Source of the DNA: an uncultured Candidatus Sumerlaeota bacterium | Lineage (GTDB): Bacteria > Sumerlaeota > Sumerlaeia > SLMS01 | Direction of reading: 5' to 3' | Length of the DNA: 64,000 nt | NCBI GenBank assembly: GCA_964346275.1 | Contig: CAYFUR010000001.1 | Coordinates: forward strand, 11,793 to 75,792 | The notes under the pieces: generated by a model | What the model was told of the DNA's origin: nothing | Database searches by the model: none | Seen by the model: the letters and a program-made list of their open reading frames with translations, nothing else | Part shown: positions 9,691 through 20,790 of the stretch, one piece after another | Layout: each line of letters begins with the position of its first letter | Position numbering within the stretch: position 1 is the first letter of the stretch | Translations under genes and position numbers: made by a program

Positions 9691-12354
9691 TTACTTGATC
9701 GAGGTTTCCGTGAGAGCCCAGCGAACCAGGCCAAGCTCCTGGGGATGGAACAGGTCAGGATAGTTGGGAATCACGCGAACTGTGAAGCCATGTTCTCCCG
9801 ATTCTCCCATGGAGAACGCTCCCTTGTAGTAATGGACTGTCTCCCCGTTGTTATCTTCCTCGCCTTCCAGTTTCATGGGAAAGCGATTCACACCGGGCAG
9901 GTGTCCATTGCCCTGCGTGAGTTCTTCGGCGTAAATCTCGACGATGACTTCTTCCGGCTTCAATTCGCCCAGGATCACCTCGGCCTGCACGTTGATTTGA
10001 TCCTTGACCGGCGTGCTGTACATATCGGTGCCCGAGGGCATTTCCGACATCACCTTGGCGCTGCAACGGATCTGATTCCAATGTCTCCGCAGCTCTTCCT
10101 TGCGGCGCGACGACTCGATCGCCTTTGCGTAATTGTTGCCGATGAGTTCCAGGTAGCGCCGGGATCCCTTCAGGTAATACCGGTCGGTATACTGAGTGAC
10201 CATGCGATCCGTGTTGAAGACAGGACCGACGGTCTTCATCGCCTCTTTCACGCGGGTGAGCCAGTGGCGCGGCACTCCGTTCTCATCGCGTTCGTAGAAG
10301 AGCGGGGCCACTTCGTTTTCCAGGAGGCGGTAAAGCTGCTCGGCATCTTCCGCGTCCTGCTTCGCCTGGTCTTCATAGCGTTTTTCGAAGCCAAAAGCCC
10401 AGCCGATGTCCGGGTTCATTTTGTAGGCTTCCGGCCACCATCCATCGAGAATGGAACAGTTCATACCGCCATTGAGAGGCACCTTCATGCCAGAGGTTCC
10501 GGAGGCCTCATTGGGACGGCGGGGGTTGTTGAGCCAGAGGTCCACGCCGCTGGTCAGCCGGCGCCCGATGCTCATATCGTAATTCTCGAGGAAAACGAGC
10601 CGGTTCCGGAAAGGTGGCTGCTTGGAATATTCAATAATGTGGCGGATGAATTCCTGGCCGGGTTTATCGGCTGGGTGGGCTTTTCCGGCAAAGACCATCT
10701 GGATCGGGCGCTCCGGGTGGCTCATGATGCGGGCCAGGCGGTCAGGATCCTGGAACACCAGTGTTGCGCGCTTGTAGGTGGCAAAGCGGCGCGCGAACCC
10801 GATGGTCAGCGCATCGGCGGAGAAGACCTGGTTCAGCTTTTCGATCTCATCGGGCATCTCGCCAAATCGCTGGTACTGGCGGCGGAGGCGATCGTGAATG
10901 AATTCGATCAAGTCCTCCTTGAGATGGCTCATCACACTCCAGAGTTCCTCGTCGGGAATGGACTCGATGGCCTCTTCCCAAAGATCCGGATGGATGATGC
11001 GTTCGCGCCAGCTCGTGCCCACATGCTTGTCGAAAAGATCCTGCACGGGGAAACTCATCCATGTGCGCGTATGCACGCCGTTTGTGATATAGTCGATGGG
11101 CGTTTCAGAACTCGGCACATCGTGCCAGAAGGGGGACATCATCTCCTTGGAGACTTCGCCGTGGAGCTTGGAGACGCCATTGGCCATGGCGGAGAAGTGC
11201 AGGGCGAGAATGGTCATGGAGAAGAGCTGCTGGCCGTCGGGCATGGGCTCGATGCCGAAGTGGAGAAAGTCCGATCGGGAGATCGCCATGGTTTCATAGT
11301 AGCCACGGAAGTATTTATCCATCAGGCCGAGAGGAAAGCGGTCGTGGCCCGCCGGCACCGGGGTGTGCGTGGTAAAGATCGACGAGGCGCGGATCACCTC
11401 CGTGGCCTCCTCGATGCTCAGCTCTTCTTCCTCCATGTAGTTGCGGAGACGTTCCAGGCTCAGGAAAGCGGCGTGCCCCTCATTCATGTGGAACATGGTG
11501 GGCATCTGGTCGAGGGTGCCGGCTTCCTTGAGGGCTTTCAGGACCTTGATGCCGCCCATGCCCAGCAGAACTTCCTGCTGGATGCGCATTTCCTGGTCGC
11601 CGCCATACAGGCGCGACGTCAGATGGCGGTCTCCCTCCAGATTCTCGCTCAGGTCCGTATCCATCATATAGATGGGAATGCGGCCGACATGGATGACCCA
11701 GACTTTTGCCGTGACAAGGCGCCCGGGGTACTCGACACGAATCTTGATTTCCTTGCCGTCCTGGTCGGTTACTTCCTCAACAGGGAGTTCCTCCCACTTC
11801 TGGGATTCGTAGTGAGGAATCTGGTTTCCGTTCTGGTCGATGAGTTGCTGGAAATAGCCGTCTCTGTAAAGCAGCCCAACGGCGACCATGGGAATGCCCA
11901 AGTCCGAGGCGGATTTGCAATGATCACCGGCCAGGACGCCCAAGCCTCCAGAATAAGTCTGGAAAATCTCGTGCAGGCCGTATTCAGCGGAGAAGTAAGC
12001 GATCAAGGTGTCCTTGGACTTGTCGCCGTGATGCTGTGACCACCAGCTCTTGTCCGCGCTCATGTATTCGTCATAGAAACTCATCACTTCGCGGTAGCGC
12101 TTGAGGACGTTTTTGTCCCGGGCCGCTTCGTCAAGCTGGTGCTGGCTGACATTGCGCAGGAAGCGAACAGCATTTCCCCGGGCCTGGACCCAGGTTTCTT
12201 CGTCAATCATGCGAAAAAGAGCGCGGGCCTTCGGATTCCAGGTCCACCAGAGGTTGCGGGACAGTTCGCGCAGGCCCTTCAGCTCTTCAGGGATATTCGG
12301 GTAGAAGTGAACTTTGCCGAGGAACGATTCCGGAATCGATTCTCTCATTTCCAT
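9691..12354 (-). CDS. glgP: Alpha-glucan (glycogen) phosphorylase
   Basis: NLWWTW, YFSAEYG, YSGGLGVLAGDH, HMNEGH, FARRFATYKRA, PLP-lysine motif EASGTSGMK. Start at 12354 or 12378. Confidence 0.95.
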   Translation of the reverse strand: MEMRESIPESFLGKVHFYPNIPEELKGLRELSRNLWWTWNPKARALFRMIDEETWVQARGNAVRFLRNVSQHQLDEAARDKNVLKRYREVMSFYDEYMSADKSWWSQHHGDKSKDTLIAYFSAEYGLHEIFQTYSGGLGVLAGDHCKSASDLGIPMVAVGLLYRDGYFQQLIDQNGNQIPHYESQKWEELPVEEVTDQDGKEIKIRVEYPGRLVTAKVWVIHVGRIPIYMMDTDLSENLEGDRHLTSRLYGGDQEMRIQQEVLLGMGGIKVLKALKEAGTLDQMPTMFHMNEGHAAFLSLERLRNYMEEEELSIEEATEVIRASSIFTTHTPVPAGHDRFPLGLMDKYFRGYYETMAISRSDFLHFGIEPMPDGQQLFSMTILALHFSAMANGVSKLHGEVSKEMMSPFWHDVPSSETPIDYITNGVHTRTWMSFPVQDLFDKHVGTSWRERIIHPDLWEEAIESIPDEELWSVMSHLKEDLIEFIHDRLRRQYQRFGEMPDEIEKLNQVFSADALTIGFARRFATYKRATLVFQDPDRLARIMSHPERPIQMVFAGKAHPADKPGQEFIRHIIEYSKQPPFRNRLVFLENYDMSIGRRLTSGVDLWLNNPRRPNEASGTSGMKVPLNGGMNCSILDGWWPEAYKMNPDIGWAFGFEKRYEDQAKQDAEDAEQLYRLLENEVAPLFYERDENGVPRHWLTRVKEAMKTVGPVFNTDRMVTQYTDRYYLKGSRRYLELIGNNYAKAIESSRRKEELRRHWNQIRCSAKVMSEMPSGTDMYSTPVKDQINVQAEVILGELKPEEVIVEIYAEELTQGNGHLPGVNRFPMKLEGEEDNNGETVHYYKGAFSMGESGEHGFTVRVIPNYPDLFHPQELGLVRWALTETSIK

Positions 12355-12537
12355 GGATGCCTTTCTGTTCAAAAACATGCGGCTTGCTCAAAGTTTGCAC
12401 GCCTTGCATTCGGTGGCTTCAAAACCGCCGCGGATATTGCGGGCAATGGGGAAGACACTCAAATGTTTTTCCTCTTTTTGCTGCAATCTCTTAAGGTAAA
12501 GCCCCGAATCCCTTTTATAAGCGCAAAGGTATGCATG

Positions 12538-12567
12538 AAAAAAGGACCGGACATCCGCCCGGCCCCC
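12538..12567 (-). terminator. Rho-independent terminator after the aminotransferase
   Basis: On the - strand, GGGGCCGG...CCGGTCC stem followed by TTTTTT. Confidence 0.55.
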
Positions 12568-12597
12568 ATGTTGTTCGTCATTTGAGGACGGGGAGCA

Positions 12598-13809
12598 TCA
12601 GTCCGCCGGGATCAATTCCTTGATGGGTTCGTTGTCACGAGTGAAGACTTCCGCCGCGGACCAGCCCTTCTCGGGATCGTAGGCCCGCAGGACCTCCATG
12701 GCACCGGCAACCCCGCGGCCGAGAACGACATCGTGGCCAGCAGCGAGCAGTCCCATCTCGATGGCGCTGACGATCGTCACCACATCGAAAATGTTGTAGT
12801 AGCCCAGGGCTGCGAAGCGGAAAATCTTGCCCTTCATGTGATCCTGGCCCCCGGCAATCGTGATGCCGCGGGACTTAAGCTGCTTGTTAAACGCGCTGTA
12901 TTCGATCCCATCGGGCACATTCACCGCTGTCACGACAACCGAGGGGCGCTCGCTGAAGAGCGAAAGACCCAGATCCACCATGGCCTTGCGGGAGGCGCGG
13001 GACAGAACGCGGTGGCGCGCCCAGTTCTCCTCCATGCCCTCCTCGAGAATCATGTCCAGGGCTTCTTCCAGCGCATAGAACATATTCACGGCCGGTGTGA
13101 ACGGCGTGTCGTTCTTGCCGATGGATTTCAGATAAGCGCGAAGATCGAAATAGAACGTCGGGCACTTGGCGCTCTCCATGAGCTTCTCCGCCTTTGGGCT
13201 GACGGAGGCGAATCCGAGACCCGGCGGCATCATCAGGGCCTTCTGGGAGCCAGTGCAGACCATATCGATCTTCCAATCGTCCTGGGGCAGTTCCTCCGCG
13301 GCAAAGGAGGACACGCAATCCACGATGGAAATCGCGTCGGTCTTGCTGACGATTTCGCCCAGCTTCTTGATATCCGAGACGGTGCCCGTGGATGTTTCCG
13401 TCTGGGTGACGACCACAGCGCGCGTGTCGGGATTCTCCTTGAGAGTCTTTTCGAGGAGATCCATGTCCAGCGGCTTGCCCCAGTCGATGGAAAGCTCGAT
13501 GACATTCATGCCGTAGGCGTTTCCGACTTTGACCCAGCGCTCGCCGAATTTGCCTGCGTTATAGACAATCACTTTATCACCGGGGGAGCAGGTGGAGACC
13601 ATGGCGGCCTCGACCGCACCGGTGCCGGAGCTGGCGGTGATGGCGATGGGGTGGCTTGTTTTGTAAACCTTTTTCAGCTTTTCCTGGCACCGTGCAAAGA
13701 TGGGCGGGAAGTCCGCGCTCCGGTGGTGGATTGTGGGCCTGGCTCCGGCGAGAAGCACTTCCGCGGGAACCTCCGTCGGACCGGGGGAAAAGATGTAGTT
13801 TTTCTTCAT
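12598..13809 (-). CDS. Class V aminotransferase (alanine/serine-glyoxylate or serine-pyruvate type)
   Basis: FSPGPT, HHRS, SSGTGA, ETSTG, PLP-lysine motif GSQKALMMPPG. Confidence 0.9.
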   Translation of the reverse strand: MKKNYIFSPGPTEVPAEVLLAGARPTIHHRSADFPPIFARCQEKLKKVYKTSHPIAITASSGTGAVEAAMVSTCSPGDKVIVYNAGKFGERWVKVGNAYGMNVIELSIDWGKPLDMDLLEKTLKENPDTRAVVVTQTETSTGTVSDIKKLGEIVSKTDAISIVDCVSSFAAEELPQDDWKIDMVCTGSQKALMMPPGLGFASVSPKAEKLMESAKCPTFYFDLRAYLKSIGKNDTPFTPAVNMFYALEEALDMILEEGMEENWARHRVLSRASRKAMVDLGLSLFSERPSVVVTAVNVPDGIEYSAFNKQLKSRGITIAGGQDHMKGKIFRFAALGYYNIFDVVTIVSAIEMGLLAAGHDVVLGRGVAGAMEVLRAYDPEKGWSAAEVFTRDNEPIKELIPAD

Positions 13810-13889
13810 ATTGTCGACCTTCAGAAAAGAGTTACCGGCGCTTGCTCTTCAGCCATGGCGCCGCAGGCTGCTTTGTGCCGGGGAGAGAA

Positions 13890-15077
13890 TCACTTCTGAC
13901 CGCCGGATAGCAAGGGAACAATGCCGGCGGCACGAAGAAGCTCTTTCTTGCTGTCCGACCCGACGATGCCCGTGGTGCGCTGGTTGGTCGCTCCAACATC
14001 GCTGACGTTGAGAAGTGTTTCGAGGGAGGGAGACTCTTTCCGCGTATCGTACTGCCAGAAGTTCTCCACTCCGGTGCCGGACTGGTTGATTTCGATGACG
14101 ATCAGGGTGCCATCGCCGGAACCGATGACTCCGGCGAAGTTGTCGTTATCACCGATCACCGTTTTTTCGCCGGTGATAAAGTTGTAGTAGGAGGCTTCGC
14201 CGTTGGTCTTCAGGTAGGCGACATGCTGATCCGATATCCCGGCGGCGAAAACATCTTCCGCCTCAATCGTTGTTCCCGCAAAATCGTCCAGCGGCGTATA
14301 GGCGATCAGCTCTCCCTGGTCGATCACGACGGAGAAGGCTCCGTCGAACGCGAAGGAGACCGCCGCATCCTGTTGCGACCGGCGGTGGATTAGATCCCCC
14401 TCGCGCGACCCACCAACGAAGGCGTACACGTCCAGGTCATTCTGCATATACATCTCATTGATGAGTTCTTCCCGGGCGAAAGAGGAGTTGGATACGGTGG
14501 TGAAGAATTCGATGCTTTCGATGCGAATCTCCCATTCCGGGCTGATACTGCCCTGGTTGGGGACAGAGAGGAGGTCGATGAAGAGATGGAAGTCGGTTTC
14601 CTGCTCAAGGAGCGTGCGATCGAATTGCACGGAGGCGACGCCATCACCCTGGGCCAGTTGCTGGAAGCGATTGTTGGTGATGCCGCCGATGGCGTATTGC
14701 CCGAAGTCCGCGGTGTTCATGCGCAGGCGAATTTCCGGCGCCGGGCCGGGCTCGCCGTTGCTGAATGTGAAATGAACACGGAATCCGGCCAGGTTGCCGG
14801 GAAGGGAATCGGAGGCGGGTGGAACGGTTTGAACCGGGCCCTCGATCCAGCCAAAGCTGAAGTCCGGCTCATCGGCATTGGGTTGGAGAACCCATTCCTC
14901 TCCAACCAGGTTCGCCCGGATCGCGGCGAAGGGCTCTAGAGTCCCACTGGAGAAAAACCAGTCGCCAAGGGGCAGTTCATCGCTGCCTGCCGTCGATTTT
15001 TGAGCCGAGAGCGGGTTGTTTGCAAGGATCAGGATCGCCAGCGCCAGCAGGCCGCCGAGGACTCGGTGCGGATTCAT
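13890..15077 (-). CDS. Secreted hypothetical protein (beta-rich, two apparent domains)
   Basis: GAGGAG SD before ATG 15077. Signal peptide MNPHRVLGGLLALAILILANNPLSA. Acidic, beta-rich body with no family recognised. Confidence 0.7.
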   Translation of the reverse strand: MNPHRVLGGLLALAILILANNPLSAQKSTAGSDELPLGDWFFSSGTLEPFAAIRANLVGEEWVLQPNADEPDFSFGWIEGPVQTVPPASDSLPGNLAGFRVHFTFSNGEPGPAPEIRLRMNTADFGQYAIGGITNNRFQQLAQGDGVASVQFDRTLLEQETDFHLFIDLLSVPNQGSISPEWEIRIESIEFFTTVSNSSFAREELINEMYMQNDLDVYAFVGGSREGDLIHRRSQQDAAVSFAFDGAFSVVIDQGELIAYTPLDDFAGTTIEAEDVFAAGISDQHVAYLKTNGEASYYNFITGEKTVIGDNDNFAGVIGSGDGTLIVIEINQSGTGVENFWQYDTRKESPSLETLLNVSDVGATNQRTTGIVGSDSKKELLRAAGIVPLLSGGQK

Positions 15078-15105
15078 GGGGGTACTCCTCTCCCTGATGG
15101 GTATC

Positions 15106-15150
15106 AAAACACGCGGAATGGATGCGGTCATCCGCCATCCATCCCGCGTG
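15106..15150 (-). terminator. Rho-independent terminator after ilvD
   Basis: About 15-bp stem (15110-15124 with 15136-15150) followed by TTTT on the - strand. Confidence 0.65.
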
Positions 15151-15171
15151 CTCAAGGCCTTTTCGCCTGCG

Positions 15172-16893
15172 TTACTTCCGGATCTTCATGGACGAGACAT
15201 CGATGGGGCACTGGCCGCCGCGTCCCGTCACAGCCCCTTCGCTGGCCGGGCCGGCGAGCTGGCCATATTTCCAGAGGGCTCCATCATGGTATTTGGGATC
15301 GATTGGCTTCCATTTTTTCCGGCGCTCTTCCAAAACGGCGTCATCGATTTCCAGCTCAATCAGGCCCTTCTCCGCGTCGATCGTGATCATATCGCCGTCC
15401 TGAACCAGGCCGATGGGGCCGCCAACCATCGCTTCCGGCGTGACGTGGCCAACCATGAGGCCGCGCGTTGCGCCGCTGAACCGTCCATCGGTCACCATCG
15501 CGCAGTCATTTCCCAGGCCCTGGCCCACGAGGGCGGCGGTCGGAGCGAGCATCTCGCGCATGCCGGGCCCGCCTTTCGGACCCTCGTAGCGGATCACCAC
15601 CACGTCGCCCTTCTTGATTTTGAGGGAATCGATGGCGTCGAAGGCGTCTTCCTCGCAGTCGAAGACCCGGGCGGGGCCGTGGTGCTTGTAGGCTTTCACG
15701 CCGACCGTTTTGATGACGCATCCATCGGGCGCCAGGTTGCCGCGCAGGACGGTCAGGCCGCCGGTTGGACGGAAGGGCTTGGAAACGGGGGCGATCACAT
15801 CCTGGCCCGAGGGAATCTCCACGCCCTCGAGGTTCTCCGCCATGGTTTTTCCCGTGACCGTCATGATGTCGCCGTGGATTTTGCCGCCATCCAGCAGCGC
15901 TTTGAGTATTACGGGAATGCCGCCCACGTCGTGGACATCTTCGGCCAGGTACTTGCCGCCGGGCTTCAGGTCCGCGATGATGGGGGTCCGCTGGCTGACG
16001 CGATCCATATCGTCGATGGTGAATTTCACGCCGCACTCCGCCGCCATGGCGGGGAGGTGGAGCATGGCGTTGGTCGACCCGCCGGTGGCGGCGACAATGG
16101 CCGCGGCGTTTTCGAATGCTTCGAAGGTCATGATGTCGCGAGGGCGGATATCTTTTTCGACGAGATGCATGATGGCTTTGCCGATGCGCTCGCAAATCGC
16201 CTCGCGCCCTTTATCCTCGGCGGGGTAGGAGTTGCTTCCGGGAAGCGACATGCCGAGGGCCTCGCCGACACAGGCCATGGTGTTGGCGGTGAACTGGCCT
16301 CCGCAGGATCCTGCTCCGGGGCAGGCGTTGCATTCGATCTCGTGCAGATCCTCGTCGCTGATCTTGCCGGCCGAATGGGCCCCAACGCCTTCAAAGACTT
16401 CCAGCACGCTGATATCCTTGCCGCGAAGCGTTCCCTTCCGGATGGTTCCTCCGTATAGAAAGATAGACGGCAGATTGAGCCGGCCCATGACCATGAGCAT
16501 TCCGGGCAGCGATTTGTCGCACCCGGCAATTCCCACCAGCGCGTCATAGCAATGGCAGCGCATCATCAGCTCGACACTGTCGGCGATGACTTCGCGGGAA
16601 ACCAGCGAGGCCTTCATTCCCTCGTGTCCCATGCCGATGCCGTCGCTGACGGAAATCGTGGTAAAGCGCCTGGGCGTGCCTTCGGCGCCGTTCACACCGC
16701 GAGCGACGTCCGCCCCCTGGTCATCCAGGGTGGTATTACAGGGGGTGGCTTCGTTCCAGCAGGATGCAACGCCAACGAAGGGCTTGTTGATGTCCTGGTC
16801 TTCAAGCCCCATGGCCCGGAGGTAGGACCGGGCGGGAGCGCGGGCAAAACCCTTGGTCACGACGTGTGAATGCAGTTTTCGATCAATCTTCAT
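15172..16893 (-). CDS. ilvD: Dihydroxy-acid dehydratase
   Basis: [54 protein letters not shown]. Confidence 0.97.
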   Translation of the reverse strand: MKIDRKLHSHVVTKGFARAPARSYLRAMGLEDQDINKPFVGVASCWNEATPCNTTLDDQGADVARGVNGAEGTPRRFTTISVSDGIGMGHEGMKASLVSREVIADSVELMMRCHCYDALVGIAGCDKSLPGMLMVMGRLNLPSIFLYGGTIRKGTLRGKDISVLEVFEGVGAHSAGKISDEDLHEIECNACPGAGSCGGQFTANTMACVGEALGMSLPGSNSYPAEDKGREAICERIGKAIMHLVEKDIRPRDIMTFEAFENAAAIVAATGGSTNAMLHLPAMAAECGVKFTIDDMDRVSQRTPIIADLKPGGKYLAEDVHDVGGIPVILKALLDGGKIHGDIMTVTGKTMAENLEGVEIPSGQDVIAPVSKPFRPTGGLTVLRGNLAPDGCVIKTVGVKAYKHHGPARVFDCEEDAFDAIDSLKIKKGDVVVIRYEGPKGGPGMREMLAPTAALVGQGLGNDCAMVTDGRFSGATRGLMVGHVTPEAMVGGPIGLVQDGDMITIDAEKGLIELEIDDAVLEERRKKWKPIDPKYHDGALWKYGQLAGPASEGAVTGRGGQCPIDVSSMKIRK

Positions 16894-16977
16894 AATCCGA
16901 ACGGCCCCTTTCGTGATGCCGGTCCAGCAGTGGTTGAAACTCTCCGATTAAACGAATCAGGAGATGTGAAAGCAAAT

Positions 16978-17020
16978 GAAAGTCCCCCGAGCGGAATTTC
17001 CGAACGGGGGGCTGGTTTTT
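16978..17020. terminator. Hairpin downstream of acnA (probable terminator)
   Basis: AGTCCCCCG...CGGGGGGCT stem with an inner CGGAA/TTCCG stem and short T runs on both strands. Confidence 0.5.
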
Positions 17021-17035
17021 CGGATAAGCCGCGGC

Positions 17036-19729
17036 TTACTTCAGCTTGCGCAGAACCGTCTGCAGGATGCCGCCGTTGCGGTAATATTCGATCTCAACCG
17101 GCGTATCGATGCGGTTGATGGCTTCGAAGGTCTTTGTTTTTCCATCCTCGCCGGTGGCACGAACGGTGATTTTCTGGCCGGGCGCCAGCGAGTCATCGAC
17201 GTCGAAATCGAAGGTTTCCTTGCCGGTGAGGCCGAGTGTTTGACTCGATTCGCCTTTCTGAAACTGGAGCGGCAGGATGCCCATGCCGATGAGGTTGCTT
17301 CGGTGGATGCGCTCGTAGCTTTCGGCGATGACGGCCTTAACGCCCTGGAGCGCCGGGCCCTTTGCGGCCCAGTCGCGCGAGGAGCCCGAGCCATATTCCT
17401 TGCCCGCCAGAATCACGAGCGGGGTTCCGTCTTCACGGTATTTCTCCGAGGCGTCGAAGAAGGACATTTGTTCGCCGGTGGGGTGATACACGGTGGAGTT
17501 CCCCTCCACATCCGGCGTGAGCATGTTCTTGATGCGAATGTTGGCGAATGTGCCGCGCATCATGACCTCGTGGTTGCCACGGCGCGAGCCATAGCTGTTG
17601 AAATCCCGCGGTTCCACGCCCTTGCTCTGGAGATACCTGGCAGCCGGGGAATCCTTGGCGATGGCCCCCGCCGGGGAGATATGGTCGGTTGTCACCGAGT
17701 CGCCAAACATGCCGAAGACCCGGGCGCCCTTGATGGGCTGGATGGGCTCGGCTTCGGGCTTAAGCCCTTCGAAGAAGGGAGGATGGCGGACATAGGTGGA
17801 ATCATTCTGCCACTCGTAGAGGACGCTGCGGTTGGCCTCGATTTCACGCCAGGCATCCGAACCTTTCCACACATCCGCATAGCGGCGCAGGAACTGGTCG
17901 CGGGAGACGGCCTTCTTCATCATATCCTGGACTTCTTGCGTCGAGGGCCAGATGTCCTTCAGGTAAACCGGCTGGCCCTCCTTGTCGGTCCCGAGGGGTT
18001 CTCTCGTTATGTCAAAAGCGGTGGAACCCGCGAGGGCGAAAGCGACAACCAGCGGCGGCGAAGCGAGATAGTTCGTGCGCGTGAGGGGATTGACGCGGCC
18101 CTCGAAGTTGCGGTTGCCGGAAAGGACGGCAGAAACGACCAGGTCGTTCTCCTGGATGGCCTTCGCCACGGGCTCGGGCAGGGGCCCTGAATTGCCGATA
18201 CAGGTTGTGCAGCCATAGCCGACAAGGTTGAAGCCCAGTTTCTCCAGATAAGGCGTGAGCCCCGATTTCTCCAGGTATTCCGTTACGACGGTGGAGCCGG
18301 GGGCGAGGGAGGTTTTGACGTAGGACTTCACCTTCAGGCCGCGTTCGACTGCTTTCTTGGCCACCAGTCCGGCGCCAAGCATCACGGAAGGATTGCTGGT
18401 GTTCGTGCAGGACGTGATCGCGGCAATGACGACAGCGCCGTGGTCAATCTTTTCGCTGTGGCCGTTATCCTTCACTTCACCGGAACGCTGTAAGTCTTCT
18501 TCTTTGAGCCCCATGCCGCTCGGGCCGACCGGTGCGAGGAGTGTTTTCTTATATGTCGGGCCCACGTCGCTGAGATTGATGCGGTCGTGGGGGCGTTTGG
18601 GGCCGGCCATGGCGGGCTCGATGGTGGAAAGGTCGAGTTCCATGGAATCCGTGAATTCCGGGACTTCCTGGCCGAGATACATGCCCTGTTCCTTGGCATA
18701 GCGCTCGGTGAGATCGATCTGCTCTTCCGAGCGGCCGGTCAGGTGCATGTATTCGAGTGTCTTTTCATCGATGGGGAAGAAGCTGACGGTGCAGCCCTGC
18801 TCGGGCGCCATGTTGCCGATGGTGGCGCGGTCGGCGACGGACATGCTTCGGACGCCTTCGCCGTAGAATTCCAGGAACTTGCCAACGACGCCTTTCTGGC
18901 GCGCCATTTCCGTGATGCGCAGGACCAGATCGGTCGCCGTGGCGCCCTCGGGAAGCTGGCCCGTCAGTTTGAAACCGACGACGTCGGGCACGAGCATGTA
19001 AATGGGCTGGTTAAGCATGACCGCTTCCGCCTCGATACCGCCCACGCCCCAGGCGAGAACGCCCAGCCCATTGACCATCGGAGTGTGGGAGTCGGTTCCG
19101 ACACAGCTGTCGGGATAGACGACATTGCTTTGCTTATCGTGGAACGTGACCTGGGAGAGGTATTCCAGGTTCACCTGGTGGACAATGCCGGTGGAGGGGG
19201 GCACGACGCGGAAGTTATCGAAGGCGGTCTGGCCCCACTTGAGGAATTCGTATCGCTCGAGATTCCGCTCGAATTCCCGTTTCTCGTTCATCCGCAGGGC
19301 TTCCTGGATGCCGAAGTAATCAACCTGCACCGAGTGGTCGATGACGAGATCGCAGGGGATCTGGGGCCGGATTTTGGCCGGATCGCCTCCGAGCTGGCGC
19401 ATGGACTCGCGCATGGCGGCGAGGTCGACGATGGCGGGCACTCCGGTAAAGTCCTGCAGGACGACGCGGGCAGGCTTATAGGGCGTTTCCTCGCGTTGCC
19501 CCCCCTTGGCGCTCCAGCCAGCGAGCTTTTTCACGTGATCCTCGGTGATGGCGAAGTTATCGTAATTCCGCAACGCGGATTCCAAAAGCACCTTGATGGT
19601 GACGGGAAGTCTCGAAACCGGACCCAGACCCGCCTCCTCAAGCTTCGGCAGGCTGTAGTAGGTGGCCGTGTTGCCCGCGCCGAAAGAGATCTTCTTTTTT
19701 GCCCCAAAAGCATCGACCTTGGATGGCAT
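17036..19729 (-). CDS. acnA: Aconitate hydratase A (IRP-like)
   Basis: [51 protein letters not shown]. Start MPSKVD (19729) behind AAAGGAG. Confidence 0.97.
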   Translation of the reverse strand: MPSKVDAFGAKKKISFGAGNTATYYSLPKLEEAGLGPVSRLPVTIKVLLESALRNYDNFAITEDHVKKLAGWSAKGGQREETPYKPARVVLQDFTGVPAIVDLAAMRESMRQLGGDPAKIRPQIPCDLVIDHSVQVDYFGIQEALRMNEKREFERNLERYEFLKWGQTAFDNFRVVPPSTGIVHQVNLEYLSQVTFHDKQSNVVYPDSCVGTDSHTPMVNGLGVLAWGVGGIEAEAVMLNQPIYMLVPDVVGFKLTGQLPEGATATDLVLRITEMARQKGVVGKFLEFYGEGVRSMSVADRATIGNMAPEQGCTVSFFPIDEKTLEYMHLTGRSEEQIDLTERYAKEQGMYLGQEVPEFTDSMELDLSTIEPAMAGPKRPHDRINLSDVGPTYKKTLLAPVGPSGMGLKEEDLQRSGEVKDNGHSEKIDHGAVVIAAITSCTNTSNPSVMLGAGLVAKKAVERGLKVKSYVKTSLAPGSTVVTEYLEKSGLTPYLEKLGFNLVGYGCTTCIGNSGPLPEPVAKAIQENDLVVSAVLSGNRNFEGRVNPLTRTNYLASPPLVVAFALAGSTAFDITREPLGTDKEGQPVYLKDIWPSTQEVQDMMKKAVSRDQFLRRYADVWKGSDAWREIEANRSVLYEWQNDSTYVRHPPFFEGLKPEAEPIQPIKGARVFGMFGDSVTTDHISPAGAIAKDSPAARYLQSKGVEPRDFNSYGSRRGNHEVMMRGTFANIRIKNMLTPDVEGNSTVYHPTGEQMSFFDASEKYREDGTPLVILAGKEYGSGSSRDWAAKGPALQGVKAVIAESYERIHRSNLIGMGILPLQFQKGESSQTLGLTGKETFDFDVDDSLAPGQKITVRATGEDGKTKTFEAINRIDTPVEIEYYRNGGILQTVLRKLK

Positions 19730-19919
19730 ATACCGGCAGCTCCTTTGAGATAGCGTTTTGTTTTTTCTGAGATTGGAGAATCCCGCGCCCGTGCGGCACC
19801 GATTCGCGGCGCACCGCCAAGAGCCAGATAAGGAAAGCACAGCGGAGCCTCTTTCGCCAAGAGAGAAAACCCAATGGGATTCCCGGATTGGAATGGCCTC
19901 GTTTTCGCATAAAGTCTAG

Positions 19920-20130
19920 GCGCGGGATCGGGAAACTGGTCCTGAACCGCAGCAAAGGAGAGCAGGCCCCACAACTCCGCATTAGCTCAGCCTCGGCGCG
20001 AGCGCTCCGCCTTTCCGCACTTCGTGCGGGTTTCAGATCCCGGGCTCGATTCATTTCGGCCTGGCAATGAGCCACGATTCTGAAACGGCGTGACGCTCGC
20101 GCCACTTTGATTTTCCCGATTGTCTCGCGC
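19920..20130. ncRNA. Candidate structured RNA (nested stems, three-way junction) in the acnA/TlpA intergenic region; family unassigned
   Basis: Nested inverted repeats: ATCGGGAAA/TTTCCCGAT, GGCGCGAGCG/CGCTCGCGCC, CCGCAC/GTGCGG, GTTTCAGA/TCTGAAAC, GGCTC/GAGCC. Confidence 0.4.
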
Positions 20131-20203
20131 AGGGTCTCCGTCGGAAACTCCATGAAGACTGGCAGATATCTCATTTGCTCGCAGAATTTTTGAGGGAAGC
20201 TCC

Positions 20204-20743
20204 ATGCTGGAAAACCAACAAGATCAGTCCGAGATTTCAGAGGGAGCTTCGAACTGGCTACCCGTCATCGCCTCCCTGGCGGTTGTCCTCATTGGGGTGG
20301 CGGCATTGGGTATTCGGGTTGCGGTGGGTGGGGGGAGTGGGCCTTCACAGGGACCCGCTCTTCCCTTTTCCGGGAAGACGACAGGCGGGGCGGAAATCTC
20401 CCTGGGCGATTACGAGGGAGACGTCGTGCTGCTCGACTTCTGGGCAACGTGGTGTCCACCCTGCCGCGAATCCCTTCCGAAGGTCATGGCCTTGCAGGAG
20501 AGATATAAGGCGGATGGATTTCAAGTGATTGGCATCAGCGGCGATGATGAGCGCGAAAAACTTCGCGATTTTGAACTCTCCGCTGAGATCAACTACCCGA
20601 CGATCTTTGAAGGATCCGATGACATTTACCGGGCCTACGAGGTGCGCGCGATCCCCACGATGATCCTCATCAATCGCGAAGGGGAAATCGTCTATCGGAG
20701 CCATGGCCGCGGGCTGGAAAAGAGAATTCAAAACGCCCTCTGA
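20204..20743 (+). CDS. TlpA/ResA-family membrane-anchored thiol-disulfide oxidoreductase
   Basis: N-terminal TM helix, LDFWATWCPPC, YEVRAIPT. Confidence 0.9.
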   Translation: MLENQQDQSEISEGASNWLPVIASLAVVLIGVAALGIRVAVGGGSGPSQGPALPFSGKTTGGAEISLGDYEGDVVLLDFWATWCPPCRESLPKVMALQERYKADGFQVIGISGDDEREKLRDFELSAEINYPTIFEGSDDIYRAYEVRAIPTMILINREGEIVYRSHGRGLEKRIQNAL

Positions 20744-20790
20744 CGAATTTGCCAGAGGGCGATTGCCTTGCGCTTTCCCTCGAAACGAAC

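Noticed and set aside
9562-12039. 825 aa + strand ORF and other long antisense ORFs (e.g. 301-1305, 15016-16458, 16976-18190, 40431-41780)
   Set aside because: They lie opposite well-supported genes and have no motifs. Such shadow ORFs are expected from GC-rich codon bias.
19995-20103. SRP (4.5S) or 6S RNA identity for the structured element
   Set aside because: The - strand apex CAGGCCGAAATGAATC only loosely resembles CAGG-ucc-GGAA-gga-AGCA and lacks AGCA and a good apical stem. The branched, asymmetric shape does not fit 6S. Kept only as an unassigned candidate.
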